From positions 6,379 through 70,378 of the IMG/VR virus record IMGVR_UViG_3300009176_000030: a stretch of 64,000 nt of DNA. The stretch is one strand, 5' to 3'. Shown here piece after piece: positions 37,319 to 46,644 of the stretch. Both the position numbers and the translations under genes were made by a program. The notes under the pieces are model-generated. The model saw only the letters and a list, made by a program, of their open reading frames with translations. It was not told the DNA's origin and did no database searches. Source of the stretch: a virus. How positions within the stretch are numbered: the stretch's first letter is position 1; each line of letters opens with the position of its first letter.

Positions 37319-40135
37319 CTATCTGCTGCGCACCGTCACCGGGATGGGAACGGCGGTCGTCTGCCGAGACTGGTCGCTGAACACGACGAGGAACTGTGCC
37401 TGGCATTCCCCGTCGAAGTCGAGGTCTTCTGGCTGGAGTTCGTAACTGACCGTGCCCGCCGCTGCGCTGATGATGTCGCACTCGGCGTTGATCCGGTAGC
37501 GCCGGTCCGAGATCAGGCGCAACTGGAAGAACACGGTGGCGTCGGTCAGGTTGACCGGATCGCCGGTCACGGTGTCGGTCAGGGCGGCCTGGATGAGGGG
37601 CGCGGTGTCGTTCTCGACGAGGATGTCTGTCACGGCCTCCCCATTCACGGTGATGTGCGCGCTGATGGACGGGATTGTGACCGCCGCCACGATTCGCCGT
37701 GCGATGACAGTGATGGCCCCAGCGATCGTCGCGAGATTGAGCGTCGCCGCCTGCTGGCGGATGGTCACCGCAGCCGAGAATGCCGCGATCGTGATCGTCG
37801 CGCCGATCGCGTGGATCGTCTTGATGAGCGCCGAAACGGTCTCGGTGATCGTCGGGATGCTGTCGGCCAGCGTCCGCACGAACGTTCCGACTCGCGCCAC
37901 CGTCTCGGAGATGGCCGAGATGGAGTCCGAGACGAAGCGGTTGACGATGACGACCCGGTTGACCGACTCGCTGATGGAGGCGATGGAGTCCGAGACCGTA
38001 CGGACGATCGAGGTGAAGACCTGGGCGACCACGGCTTCCGTGATCGAGACGATGGAGTCGGCGGCCGTACGGGTGGCGGTGAGGACTCGTACGGCCGCCT
38101 CGGAGATTGCTGAGACCGCATCTGCCGCGGACCGATTGAACGTGGCAACGCGGCTGACGGACTCGGTGATCGCGCTGATCGAGTCGGACACCGTCCGAGT
38201 GATGGCCGCGAGCGATGCCGCGACCTGCTCGGTGATGGCTGAGATCGAGTCGGCGACTGTGCGACTGAACGTCGCGGCCCGAGCGACCGCCTCCGAGATG
38301 GAGGGCAGGCTGTCGGCCTGTGTGCGGACGTAGGTCGCCACCCGGCTGACCGAGTCCGCGAGGCTGGTCACGCTGTCGGCCACGGAGCGGGCCGCAGTGA
38401 GGGCGCGAGTGACCGTCTCCGTAATCGTTGCGACGGTATCAGATACCGCCCGGCTGGCGGTCAGGGTACGACTGGCCGACTCAGTGATCGTACTGATGGA
38501 GTCGCTGACAGAACGAACGAAGTCGGCCGTCGTCGCGACGACCGATTCAGTGATCGATCCAAGCGTCTGCGACACGGTGCGGACGTAGGCAATCGCCGCC
38601 CGCACGACGGTTTCGGTGATGGATGACAGGCTATCGGAGACTGCACGAGCGAGGGTTACCACCCGTGTCGCCGATTCAGAGATAGCACTCAGGCTGTCGG
38701 CGGATGTTCGCGTGCCAGTGAAAACCCTGACGACGCTATCCGTCAAGGTGCCGATAGAGTCGGCAACGGTCCGCGGCAACGAGAGAACGCGAGTGACGGC
38801 CTCAGTGAGCGTCGAGAGGCTGTCGGACGAGGTCCGGCTGCCGGTCCACGCCCGGCTGACGGTTTCCGTGATCGAGGAGAGCGTGTCCTGCGCGCTGCGG
38901 ATGATGAACAGCGCGCCGTGAACGACCGCCTCGGTGATGAACGAAACGCTGTCGGCCATGGTGCGAGCGAAGGTCCCGACCCTGGTCACAGCCTCGGTCA
39001 ACGTCGGTAGCGAGTCGGCCGTTGTCCGAGCAAACGTGAGGACTCGCGTGACCGACTCCGTGATGGAGCCGAGCGTCTGGCTGACCGTCCGGGCGAACGT
39101 CCCAACCCGAGTCGGCGATTCAGTAAGCGTCGAGATCGAGTCGGCCACTGCGCGCGCTAGGCTCAGAACCCGCGTGACGGCTTCGGTGATCGACGAGAGT
39201 GAGTCCGCGACCGTCCGGCTCCCAACAAACACTCGGGTCACGGACTCTGTCAGGGTCGCAAGGCTGTCGGCAACAGTACGGATCAGCGAGAGAACTCGCG
39301 TCACCGCCTCGGTCAAGGTAGCGATGGAGTCAGCGACGGTCCTGTTGTAGGTGATCGTCCGGGCCACGGACTCGGTGATCGAACCGAGGGTCTGGGCCAC
39401 GCTTCGGACGAACGTCCCGACTCGGGCCACGGCGTCGGAGATCGAACTCAGGCTATCCGCCGATGTTCGGGTCCCAGTGAAGATGCGCGCCACCGCTTCG
39501 GTGAGCGTTGCCAGACTATCGGCGCCGGTCCGCGTGAAGTTCATCGCCGCGCGGACGACGGCTTCCGTCAGGGTTGCCAGCGAGTCGGCTGCGGTCCTAG
39601 TTCCGGTGAAGACCCGTGCGACCGTGTCGGTGATCGAGGAGATGCTGTCGGCAATCGTCCGGGTGACGGTCATGGCCGCCCGGACAACGGCTTCGGTCAG
39701 GGTAGCGATGGAGTCAGCGACGGTCCGGGCATAGGTGGCAACACGAGCGACAGATTCAGTTAGCGTGGCGATGGAATCGGCGGCCGTTCTGGTGCCCGTG
39801 AAAACCCGCGCCACCGTTGCGGTGATCGAGGAAATGGAGTCGGCGACGGTGCGAGGAAGCGTGAGCACCCTCGTCACAGCCTCGGTCAGGGTGGGCAAGC
39901 TGTCGGCGCCCGTACGAGCACCCGTGAAGACACGAGTCGCGGCTTCGGTCAGGGTGGCGATCGTCTCGCTGATCGTCCGAGAGAACGTGCCGACCCGGCT
40001 CGTGCTGTCGGTGATTGACGAGAGGCTGTCCGACGCGGTCGCGTTGAAGTTATTGCCGGTCGGGAGCGCCGGGATGACCGACGGCTTGGGCTGTTGCGGT
40101 TGAGGCGGGTGACGAAAGAGGCCGCGGCCCGCCAC
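37319..40135 (-). CDS. Ser/Thr-rich 21-aa repeat fibre protein with C-terminal BppU-like domain
   Basis: ~35 repeats RTVADS(I/L)xx(I/L)TExVxR; C-terminal NDTAP.I...L....PVNLT.ATV...GTVSY....D. Confidence 0.75.
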   Translation of the reverse strand: MAGRGLFRHPPQPQQPKPSVIPALPTGNNFNATASDSLSSITDSTSRVGTFSRTISETIATLTEAATRVFTGARTGADSLPTLTEAVTRVLTLPRTVADSISSITATVARVFTGTRTAADSIATLTESVARVATYARTVADSIATLTEAVVRAAMTVTRTIADSISSITDTVARVFTGTRTAADSLATLTEAVVRAAMNFTRTGADSLATLTEAVARIFTGTRTSADSLSSISDAVARVGTFVRSVAQTLGSITESVARTITYNRTVADSIATLTEAVTRVLSLIRTVADSLATLTESVTRVFVGSRTVADSLSSITEAVTRVLSLARAVADSISTLTESPTRVGTFARTVSQTLGSITESVTRVLTFARTTADSLPTLTEAVTRVGTFARTMADSVSFITEAVVHGALFIIRSAQDTLSSITETVSRAWTGSRTSSDSLSTLTEAVTRVLSLPRTVADSIGTLTDSVVRVFTGTRTSADSLSAISESATRVVTLARAVSDSLSSITETVVRAAIAYVRTVSQTLGSITESVVATTADFVRSVSDSISTITESASRTLTASRAVSDTVATITETVTRALTAARSVADSVTSLADSVSRVATYVRTQADSLPSISEAVARAATFSRTVADSISAITEQVAASLAAITRTVSDSISAITESVSRVATFNRSAADAVSAISEAAVRVLTATRTAADSIVSITEAVVAQVFTSIVRTVSDSIASISESVNRVVIVNRFVSDSISAISETVARVGTFVRTLADSIPTITETVSALIKTIHAIGATITIAAFSAAVTIRQQAATLNLATIAGAITVIARRIVAAVTIPSISAHITVNGEAVTDILVENDTAPLIQAALTDTVTGDPVNLTDATVFFQLRLISDRRYRINAECDIISAAAGTVSYELQPEDLDFDGECQAQFLVVFSDQSRQTTAVPIPVTVRSR
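37800..40040 (-). repeat. degenerate ~63-bp coding tandem repeats
   Basis: 21-22 aa periodicity by manual alignment. Confidence 0.85.
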
Positions 40136-40138
40136 GGC

Positions 40139-40408
40139 TTACTTCCCGATCTTGGTCTTGACGTTCTCCGGCAGGAAACCGATGGCTGGGTGTTGCGGGT
40201 CGTCGGTCGAAATCTCCCACCTGGGCTCGCTCGTCTTACCGGTCACGATCCGCCCGAGGTCAGGATCGTCTTCGTAGACCGGCTCGATGTGGTCGAACTG
40301 ACGGACAACGCCCTTGGCCGTCACCTCCAAGTCACCATACATGAGGACGAGGGTCACCTTGGCGCCGTCCTCGACGGACTCACCATTTCGCGTCTTGAAG
40401 GAGGCCAC
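40139..40408 (-). CDS. hypothetical protein
   Basis: GTG overlapping upstream TAG; RBS GGAGG. Confidence 0.6.
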   Translation of the reverse strand: MASFKTRNGESVEDGAKVTLVLMYGDLEVTAKGVVRQFDHIEPVYEDDPDLGRIVTGKTSEPRWEISTDDPQHPAIGFLPENVKTKIGK

Positions 40409-40902
40409 TACGTCACCTCCTCGAACTCCAAGTCCGCCGACCATCCGGTCAACGTCGTCGGGGTTCCCTGAAGCTGGAGGACGAACGACTGGTCGATACC
40501 GATCAGGGGGCGGTCCTCTGGCAGCCAGATGAACTCCCAGCCGTTGAGATTGTTGAAACCGCGCTGGCCCATCACCGTCAGTGTTCCGCCGCCATTGGCG
40601 CTGGAGTCCGTTCCACACGAGGAGGCTGCGTTGCTCGTGCTGCCCGCGATCGCCGAGGCAACCGCGCCGACAATGACCGGCGCCGGAGTGGTGCTGGTAA
40701 AGGTCCCGAACGCGCTCGCCTTCAGCCCCCAGCGAACACCCAACTCCTGGCTCGTCGAGGTGCCGTTCTGGCCGCAACTCATCCGATACAGGCGCAGGAT
40801 CGAGGCGCGGCTCGACAGCGACGTGGCCGCCCGGATCGTAATCATCTCCGAGTCGGCGATGATCGTCTGGTTCGCCATGGTGACCGTGTAGAGGCTAGAC
40901 AA
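40408..40902 (-). CDS. putative virion structural protein
   Basis: RBS AAGGAGG; Ser/Thr-rich beta-type sequence ending FEE. Confidence 0.6.
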   Translation of the reverse strand: MSSLYTVTMANQTIIADSEMITIRAATSLSSRASILRLYRMSCGQNGTSTSQELGVRWGLKASAFGTFTSTTPAPVIVGAVASAIAGSTSNAASSCGTDSSANGGGTLTVMGQRGFNNLNGWEFIWLPEDRPLIGIDQSFVLQLQGTPTTLTGWSADLEFEEVT

Positions 40903-40917
40903 AGCGGACCTCCTTGG

Positions 40918-41733
40918 TCACTGCGCGACGAACGGTGGCATGGGGTTGACGTAGGGAAGGAACTGGCAGTTCGTCAGTCGAGCCGCGTAATGCGCTACCA
41001 CCTGGCTTGGGTTCAGTGCGTAGTTGTAGATGGCAACTTCATCGATCGATCCGAACAACCACTCATCTGTCCCAGCCGCGCCGGACCCGATCTCGATGAT
41101 GCCCGAGAAGGCGTTATTGAAGATCGGAAACGGCGGATTGATGATAAGAGGTCCGGCATCTACGCCATCGATATAGAAGAAGGCGTAGGGGCCATCCTTG
41201 GTCGTAACGACATGGTGCCAGTTCGTGTCGGTGATCGTTGTCGTGGAGCTATACACGCCAGCTTCGCCACCCTGGGTCACGTTTAGGGTGTCATTCGCGC
41301 CAAAGAGAAGCGCCCATGAATCAAAGCCATTCTGGACGACCATGACCTCACCGATGGCGACAGCCGTCCGGGTTCGCTTGACCCAGCATTCGAGTGAGAA
41401 GACATCGCCTACGTTGTAGGCGGCGATGGCCGACGCCTCGGAGCGCCCACCGGGAGTGCTGAACGTGACGGCCGGGTTCGAGTCAGCGGTCAGGGCGCCG
41501 ATCACGTTCAGGGTATACGTTCCGGCCAGCACCCCGTTGTTGGCGTTGGTCGAATAGTCGCGGACAGTCGTTCCCGACGTAGTGTCCATCCGCCAGTAGG
41601 CGATCGGATTATCGGACAGGACGAGCGCCGAATAGCACGGCGAGACTTCGAGCAGGAGGACGCCTGTGCCGTCTTCCAGCAGGTAGCCGTCAGTGGCCGA
41701 CGATTCCAGCAGATACCGATCGGGATTGGGCAT
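40918..41733 (-). CDS. LamG/concanavalin-A-like domain virion protein
   Basis: LLEDG..LLLE; D.PIAYWR.D, WHHVV, YIDG, GSIDEVAIYNYAL. Confidence 0.85.
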   Translation of the reverse strand: MPNPDRYLLESSATDGYLLEDGTGVLLLEVSPCYSALVLSDNPIAYWRMDTTSGTTVRDYSTNANNGVLAGTYTLNVIGALTADSNPAVTFSTPGGRSEASAIAAYNVGDVFSLECWVKRTRTAVAIGEVMVVQNGFDSWALLFGANDTLNVTQGGEAGVYSSTTTITDTNWHHVVTTKDGPYAFFYIDGVDAGPLIINPPFPIFNNAFSGIIEIGSGAAGTDEWLFGSIDEVAIYNYALNPSQVVAHYAARLTNCQFLPYVNPMPPFVAQ

Positions 41734-42285
41734 CTACGAAACCGATGACAAGATGACCAGCGACGATGTCATCCGCTGATGCGCGGCGTTCAGGTGGGTG
41801 ACGGCTGGTTGATGGAGGTGGCCCGTCTCCCGATCTAGAAGCCCTGTGATGATCGCCCAGTCGAGACGGCTCCAGTGGACCGGCTCGTCGGGCAGCGGGC
41901 AGGCTCCGAGTTTTGCCGGGTCGAACTTCGTGCAGCCAAGCTGGGTTCGGAACTGACCGAAGATGTAGTACGGGAACGCGCCCCACGCGCACTCGCACTC
42001 CCACAGTTCGCGAAGGGCGCCCGGCCACGGCAGGATGTCGTGCTCGACGATGATGAACGGCTGGCCCTCGGCCCACAGCGTACGGATCAGGCGGTCGTAT
42101 GCGAAGTCGGCCGCCAGCGTGCCGTTCAGCCGCTCCCAGCGGGGACGAAAGCCCTGCATTTCAAGGTTGAGTTTCGTTGCCTTGTGAACGAGCGGTTCGC
42201 TGACATCGTTCGTGAACGGCACGACGATGTTCGGCTGCACGTCGTCAGGATGGCTGTGGTCGCTGGCGAGCAGCAGGAACTCCAT
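41734..42285 (-). CDS. putative GT-A-fold glycosyltransferase
   Basis: IVVPF, FIIVEHDI (DxD variant), LGCTKF, V.HL. Confidence 0.5.
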   Translation of the reverse strand: MEFLLLASDHSHPDDVQPNIVVPFTNDVSEPLVHKATKLNLEMQGFRPRWERLNGTLAADFAYDRLIRTLWAEGQPFIIVEHDILPWPGALRELWECECAWGAFPYYIFGQFRTQLGCTKFDPAKLGACPLPDEPVHWSRLDWAIITGLLDRETGHLHQPAVTHLNAAHQRMTSSLVILSSVS

Positions 42286-42905
42286 CAGGCCACCTGAACC
42301 ACCATGAGCGAACTCCCGGCCTTGACCGTCGAGGCTGCCGCGACCTCCGAAGCGTGGTTCAGTTGAAGATCGCCCGAGACGGTCACGATCATCGTCCCCT
42401 CCACGATCCACAGCATGTCAGACGCGCCCGTGTCCGAGGATGCCGTCGGCCCGGCCACCTGGTTCACAGCACGCGACGCGATCGCGCTCATCAGGCCCAC
42501 AGCAGCCGCGGTTGTCGCCTGGTCGGCGGCAAGGGAGGCAGCGGTCGATAGTTCCTGCGCGAAGTAGTGGTTGGCCTGGAACGTCGTCACGGTGCCCGAG
42601 TGGGTGACCGCGAACTTGACGCCGGTCGTGCTGAGTGCCGACTGGTAGCGGATCATGTACTTGAACGTGTATGTCCCAGCCCCGAGCGTCATGTCGAGGC
42701 CGGTGATCTTCGCCATCGTGGTCGTACTGTTAGCCCCAGCATCGCCTGTCAGTGCGATCACGCGCGGCAGACCGCGGGTCCGCAGATAGGTCTCGATCTG
42801 GGTGACGGTCAGCTTCTTCGACGTGCCCGACTCGTTGATCGGAAGTTCGTTCGTTCCGGCCGCAGCAGACGCTGCGGTCAGCGCCGAGATTTTGGTATCG
42901 GCCAT
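42285..42905 (-). CDS. virion fibre/decoration protein
   Basis: MADTKISALTAA...SGTSKKLT N-terminus typical of phage fibres. Confidence 0.65.
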   Translation of the reverse strand: MADTKISALTAASAAAGTNELPINESGTSKKLTVTQIETYLRTRGLPRVIALTGDAGANSTTTMAKITGLDMTLGAGTYTFKYMIRYQSALSTTGVKFAVTHSGTVTTFQANHYFAQELSTAASLAADQATTAAAVGLMSAIASRAVNQVAGPTASSDTGASDMLWIVEGTMIVTVSGDLQLNHASEVAAASTVKAGSSLMVVQVA

Positions 42906-44651
42906 CTACGGCACCAGCGGGAGACCGGCCGCCGTCAGGGCCGCAGTCGCATCGGCCTGGGTCATGTAGTTCGATCCTGTTCCACCGGGCACGGTCTGGA
43001 ACGTCGCCATCGTGTGATAGCCATTCCAGATGAAGCGCGGGTACTGGTTCTCCGAGGCCGATGAGCCGTCGGGGTTCGCATAGTAGAAGCGGTTGTTGAG
43101 TCCCCTGTTGTTACTGGCCGGGAGATAGATGATCGGCTGGTAGGTCGAACCTGCGGGCAGGCTGTATGCCCAGAACAGACCGAAGCGATCCTGACCAGCG
43201 ACCATCTGCGTCTCGGCTACAACATTGTCGTGAACGTAGTTACCGGTCACACCGGGCGAGTCGCCGCGATCCTCCTCGACCACGCTGATGCCGGTCTTGT
43301 TCCAAGCAACGGTGTTGCCGTAGACCTCGGCCGACTTTGACGTGTGGATCAGGATGCCCGCGCCCCAACCCCAAGAACCCCACGGGCCGAACCCGTTTCG
43401 ATACGCGACGTTGTTGTAAATCTTCGAGGCGGTCGAGGTCTCGTCGTGGATGCCAACGGTGTCGTTATCGTGGACGCGGTTATTGCGATAGGTCGCATTA
43501 GCGCAGGAGACATCGAGCCACAGTCCGACGCCCGAGTCATACGACTCATTGCCGTCGAGCATGAGGTTGTCTTGCCCGGTGGCCTTCAGGTTGCCGCCAT
43601 CGGCACCAGGATCGGGCTCGCCGGTCCGGTCGTTGTGGAACAGTTTGTTGCTGATGATGAGGTTGTGCTGCCCGCGACCGACGGTCGGGCTCGGTGCCGA
43701 AATCCGAAGGCCGAGGTGCTTCGCGTCGTGGATCGAGCAGTTGCGAATGATCGAGTCGATTGCGCCCGTCAGGTTGACATTGACGTAGGAGAAGCCGATG
43801 TCGCAGTCCTCCAGCACGAAGCGCTGGACGCCAAACGCGTTCTCAACCGAGCCCTGAACGTTGGTCCCGGCCGCGTACTGCATCTTGAAGCCACGGATCG
43901 TCACGTCGTTGCCCGTGATGTAGGCCCACGTCGGGCGCACCATGGCCCCCGACGTATCGCGCCCGTCGATGATCGCGCCCGCCTGCCCGACGAGCGTCAC
44001 CGGCTTGGCGAAGCGAAGGGACTCGCGATAGGTGCCTGCCGGAATGGTGATGGTCGCGCCTGGTGCCGCGGAATCGAGTAGCGGCTGGATGGCCGTGACT
44101 GGCGGTACCACGATCACCCCCACGGGCGTAAGCGTGACGGAAGCGGTCTTGGGTCCCTCGCCCGCGGCGTTGACCGCCGACACGGTGAAGGCGTAGGCGG
44201 TGCCGTTGGTCAGACCGGTGATGGTCGCGGTCAGGCCGGTCGGCGACGCTGCCAAGGTCCCGTTGCGGTAGACCCGATAGCCCGTGATCGGCGCACCACC
44301 GGTCGGGGCCTGCCACGCCAGGTTGACGACGGTGTCGCCGACGACGCCGGAGAGGGCCAGCGGCACAGTCGGCACAGTCGCGGTCGCCACAACGGCGAAC
44401 GTGATGGGGCCGATCAGTGCCTTCTTGTTCGTCGAGTCGAAGACAGATGCCGTGTGGTTACTGATGGATGAGGTGGTCCCGATGGCGATCCCCGCATGGA
44501 GGGCGCCATCGAGACCGACTCGTCCCGTGAGAATGGTGGTGCCGTCAACGTGCAGGTTGATCCTCGTACCCGGCGCCAGACCGGCGACATCCGCATTGAG
44601 CGTCGCCGGGCGAGTCGTCGGGTTTGGGGTAACCGTGAGTGTCGGCATCAC
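42906..44651 (-). CDS. FN3 plus right-handed beta-helix (pectate-lyase-like) virion protein
   Basis: LAWQAP.GGAPITGYRVY...GLTNGT.Y.F.V.AVN..G.G; AAPG.TI....GTYRE; Asn ladders. Confidence 0.85.
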   Translation of the reverse strand: MMPTLTVTPNPTTRPATLNADVAGLAPGTRINLHVDGTTILTGRVGLDGALHAGIAIGTTSSISNHTASVFDSTNKKALIGPITFAVVATATVPTVPLALSGVVGDTVVNLAWQAPTGGAPITGYRVYRNGTLAASPTGLTATITGLTNGTAYAFTVSAVNAAGEGPKTASVTLTPVGVIVVPPVTAIQPLLDSAAPGATITIPAGTYRESLRFAKPVTLVGQAGAIIDGRDTSGAMVRPTWAYITGNDVTIRGFKMQYAAGTNVQGSVENAFGVQRFVLEDCDIGFSYVNVNLTGAIDSIIRNCSIHDAKHLGLRISAPSPTVGRGQHNLIISNKLFHNDRTGEPDPGADGGNLKATGQDNLMLDGNESYDSGVGLWLDVSCANATYRNNRVHDNDTVGIHDETSTASKIYNNVAYRNGFGPWGSWGWGAGILIHTSKSAEVYGNTVAWNKTGISVVEEDRGDSPGVTGNYVHDNVVAETQMVAGQDRFGLFWAYSLPAGSTYQPIIYLPASNNRGLNNRFYYANPDGSSASENQYPRFIWNGYHTMATFQTVPGGTGSNYMTQADATAALTAAGLPLVP

Positions 44652-44658
44652 CGATCTC

Positions 44659-45522
44659 CTATCCGGCCGCAGGCAGCGTCCAGGTCCACGTCACGGCGAG
44701 CGAGTCGCCGGATGTGACCGAGGCGTCTGCGTTGAGGTTGGTGTTCGCCACGTCGATCCCTGCCGCCGTGGTGTTGGCCGCGGTAAACAGTCCGGCCTTG
44801 TGGATGTTCGCCAAGGTGGCGCCAGCCGCGAAGGTGTTGGACTGGGTGAAGGTCGTCGTGCCGCCCGTGTGAGCGAACGTCGCCTTCGCGCGGGTCAGGC
44901 CCGAGGCCGTCGTCTCCGAGGTCAGGACCGTGTCCGAGGTCGCCGGACCGGAGGTGTCGGTCGTGAGCCCGATGAACCGGGCCGGACCCATCGCCGGGAC
45001 GATGATGTAGCCGTTGGTCGAGGCTGGGGTCGTGCCGGTCATGGTGTCGGCGGTCCCGACCCACCAGCCGTCCACGGTCAGGACGGTGGACGAGTTCGAG
45101 CCGATGTTGCCGTAGACCGGGGCCGTGGTCAGACCCGTCACCGGGCAGACGACGCGCATCCCCTTGTACTGGTCGGTGGTCATGCCGCCGCCCGACGGGG
45201 TGGCCGAGGTGGCGGACGAGGCGGTGAGCGCGCCGTCCTTGCCGAGCAGGCCGCCCATCGTGTTGTGCAGCCAGTCCATGCCGACGGTCGTCTTCAGATT
45301 GTGTGACCAGCCGAGATCGACGATCTCGCCCGGCTTGCCGAACATGCCCGACGGGCCGCGCATGATGTAGGCGTGGACGAAGTTCGGGCCGAACTCCAGC
45401 TTCTCGCCCATGAACCGGCCCCTGGTAATCATCACGTTCACATCGTCATCGATGCGCTTGATGACTTCCATCTGGGAACCTGCGAGCCGCGGCTTGGGGC
45501 GGCCGAAACGAAGTAGATGCAC
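44659..45522 (-). CDS. putative virion structural protein
   Basis: NL.T.VG, IGL...T, GLF.A, GDSL.VTW pattern. Confidence 0.65.
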   Translation of the reverse strand: MHLLRFGRPKPRLAGSQMEVIKRIDDDVNVMITRGRFMGEKLEFGPNFVHAYIMRGPSGMFGKPGEIVDLGWSHNLKTTVGMDWLHNTMGGLLGKDGALTASSATSATPSGGGMTTDQYKGMRVVCPVTGLTTAPVYGNIGSNSSTVLTVDGWWVGTADTMTGTTPASTNGYIIVPAMGPARFIGLTTDTSGPATSDTVLTSETTASGLTRAKATFAHTGGTTTFTQSNTFAAGATLANIHKAGLFTAANTTAAGIDVANTNLNADASVTSGDSLAVTWTWTLPAAG

Positions 45523-45571
45523 GTTTCTTCTCCTTCTGCCGCCGCCTCAAACGGGGCCTGTCTGGGTTGAA

Positions 45572-45892
45572 CTACACGGCCACAAGAGACGTGTTTGCCA
45601 CCGATGAGTCGTCGCTGGTCTTGCGGATGTGGATCGTCCACGTCCCCGAGGCAGGTGGGGTCCAGCCTTCCCACTGGCCCTTCCCGCCGTCGGGCGTGAA
45701 GACCTGGCTTCGGGCCGTGTCCTGACCGGCCAGTTCGGCGCTGAAGTAGTAGGTGACCGCCGGACTGGCGGGATAGTGCGTCGGGTCGTAGCCCGTCGAG
45801 GTGTTGGCCGGAAGCGCCGTGCTGGAGATGTGGACGGCGGTCTTCTTCGCGGTCACTGTGCTGCCGCCGTAGCGGACGGTAACGGTCGCCAT
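45572..45892 (-). CDS. small Ig-like virion protein
   Basis: RBS AGGAGGAG; WTP.ASGTWTI. Confidence 0.6.
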   Translation of the reverse strand: MATVTVRYGGSTVTAKKTAVHISSTALPANTSTGYDPTHYPASPAVTYYFSAELAGQDTARSQVFTPDGGKGQWEGWTPPASGTWTIHIRKTSDDSSVANTSLVAV

Positions 45893-45900
45893 GACTCCTC

Positions 45901-46644
45901 CTATTTGTTGGGTCTCGGCCAGGTGAGGTTTCGATAGCGCTCGGGGTCGAACCGCCAATCGCCGAGGTGGCCGCCTCGCTTGAATGGGGTGTCGAAGGTC
46001 TCGCCACCCTGCTTTTGACCGCCCCACTTCTGGGCGTAGTAGAGATCGTTCGCGCCGTGGGAGTTGCCGTTCCATGCCCGCATGGCCGGGTCGGCCATGA
46101 TCGTTGCCGAGCCCTCGTGGGTGCCGGTGAAGCCGGTCTCGACCCGCGGCAACCCGGCGAGATCGATCCGGCGGGCGAAGTCAACGTCCTCGTCGTAGCC
46201 GTTGATGAAGTTCTCGTCGAACGTCCCGACGACGTTGACGGTGTGCCGGGTGATCGCGAACGACGACATCCCGAACATGAAGTAGATGGCCGCGGCGCCG
46301 GGGTTGACCGACTCGTCCATGCTTTCCAGGTCCCCGGCGCCGAAGGTGAGATCGTGATTGACGATGAGCCACCACGGGGCGAACGGCGTGGCCCGCATCC
46401 CGAGGTTCCAACTGGTCGCGACACCGAGGTTGTGAGGCAGGCTGACGATTTCCACCTGACCGAGATTGGCGTTCCTTTGGCGCATGATCTCGGCCTCGCC
46501 GTCGCCCGGCAGGATGCTCCGCGCGAACAAGGCGCCGTTGTCGATGATGACGACCCTGTCGATCGGGTAGTCGATGCTGGCGAGCATCTTGTAGAGCAGT
46601 TCGGGCCGATTGAGAATCGGAACGATGAGCGCCGGGACGCTCAT
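45901..46644 (-). CDS. GT2 glycosyltransferase
   Basis: VP.LNR, IIDNG, NLGVA.SWNLG, FDENF..GYDED.DF.RR. Confidence 0.9.
   Translation of the reverse strand: MSVPALIVPILNRPELLYKMLASIDYPIDRVVIIDNGALFARSILPGDGEAEIMRQRNANLGQVEIVSLPHNLGVATSWNLGMRATPFAPWWLIVNHDLTFGAGDLESMDESVNPGAAAIYFMFGMSSFAITRHTVNVVGTFDENFINGYDEDVDFARRIDLAGLPRVETGFTGTHEGSATIMADPAMRAWNGNSHGANDLYYAQKWGGQKQGGETFDTPFKRGGHLGDWRFDPERYRNLTWPRPNK

Noticed and set aside
37800-40040. Periodic DNA as CRISPR array or DGR template
   Set aside because: Repeats are conserved at protein level with synonymous variation; no spacers and no reverse transcriptase in the window
41731-42908. In-frame TAG-ATG junctions (41734, 42906, also 58027) as stop readthrough or recoding
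   Set aside because: TAG ends many clearly complete genes such as the capsid; no suppressor tRNA; simple gene abutment is sufficient
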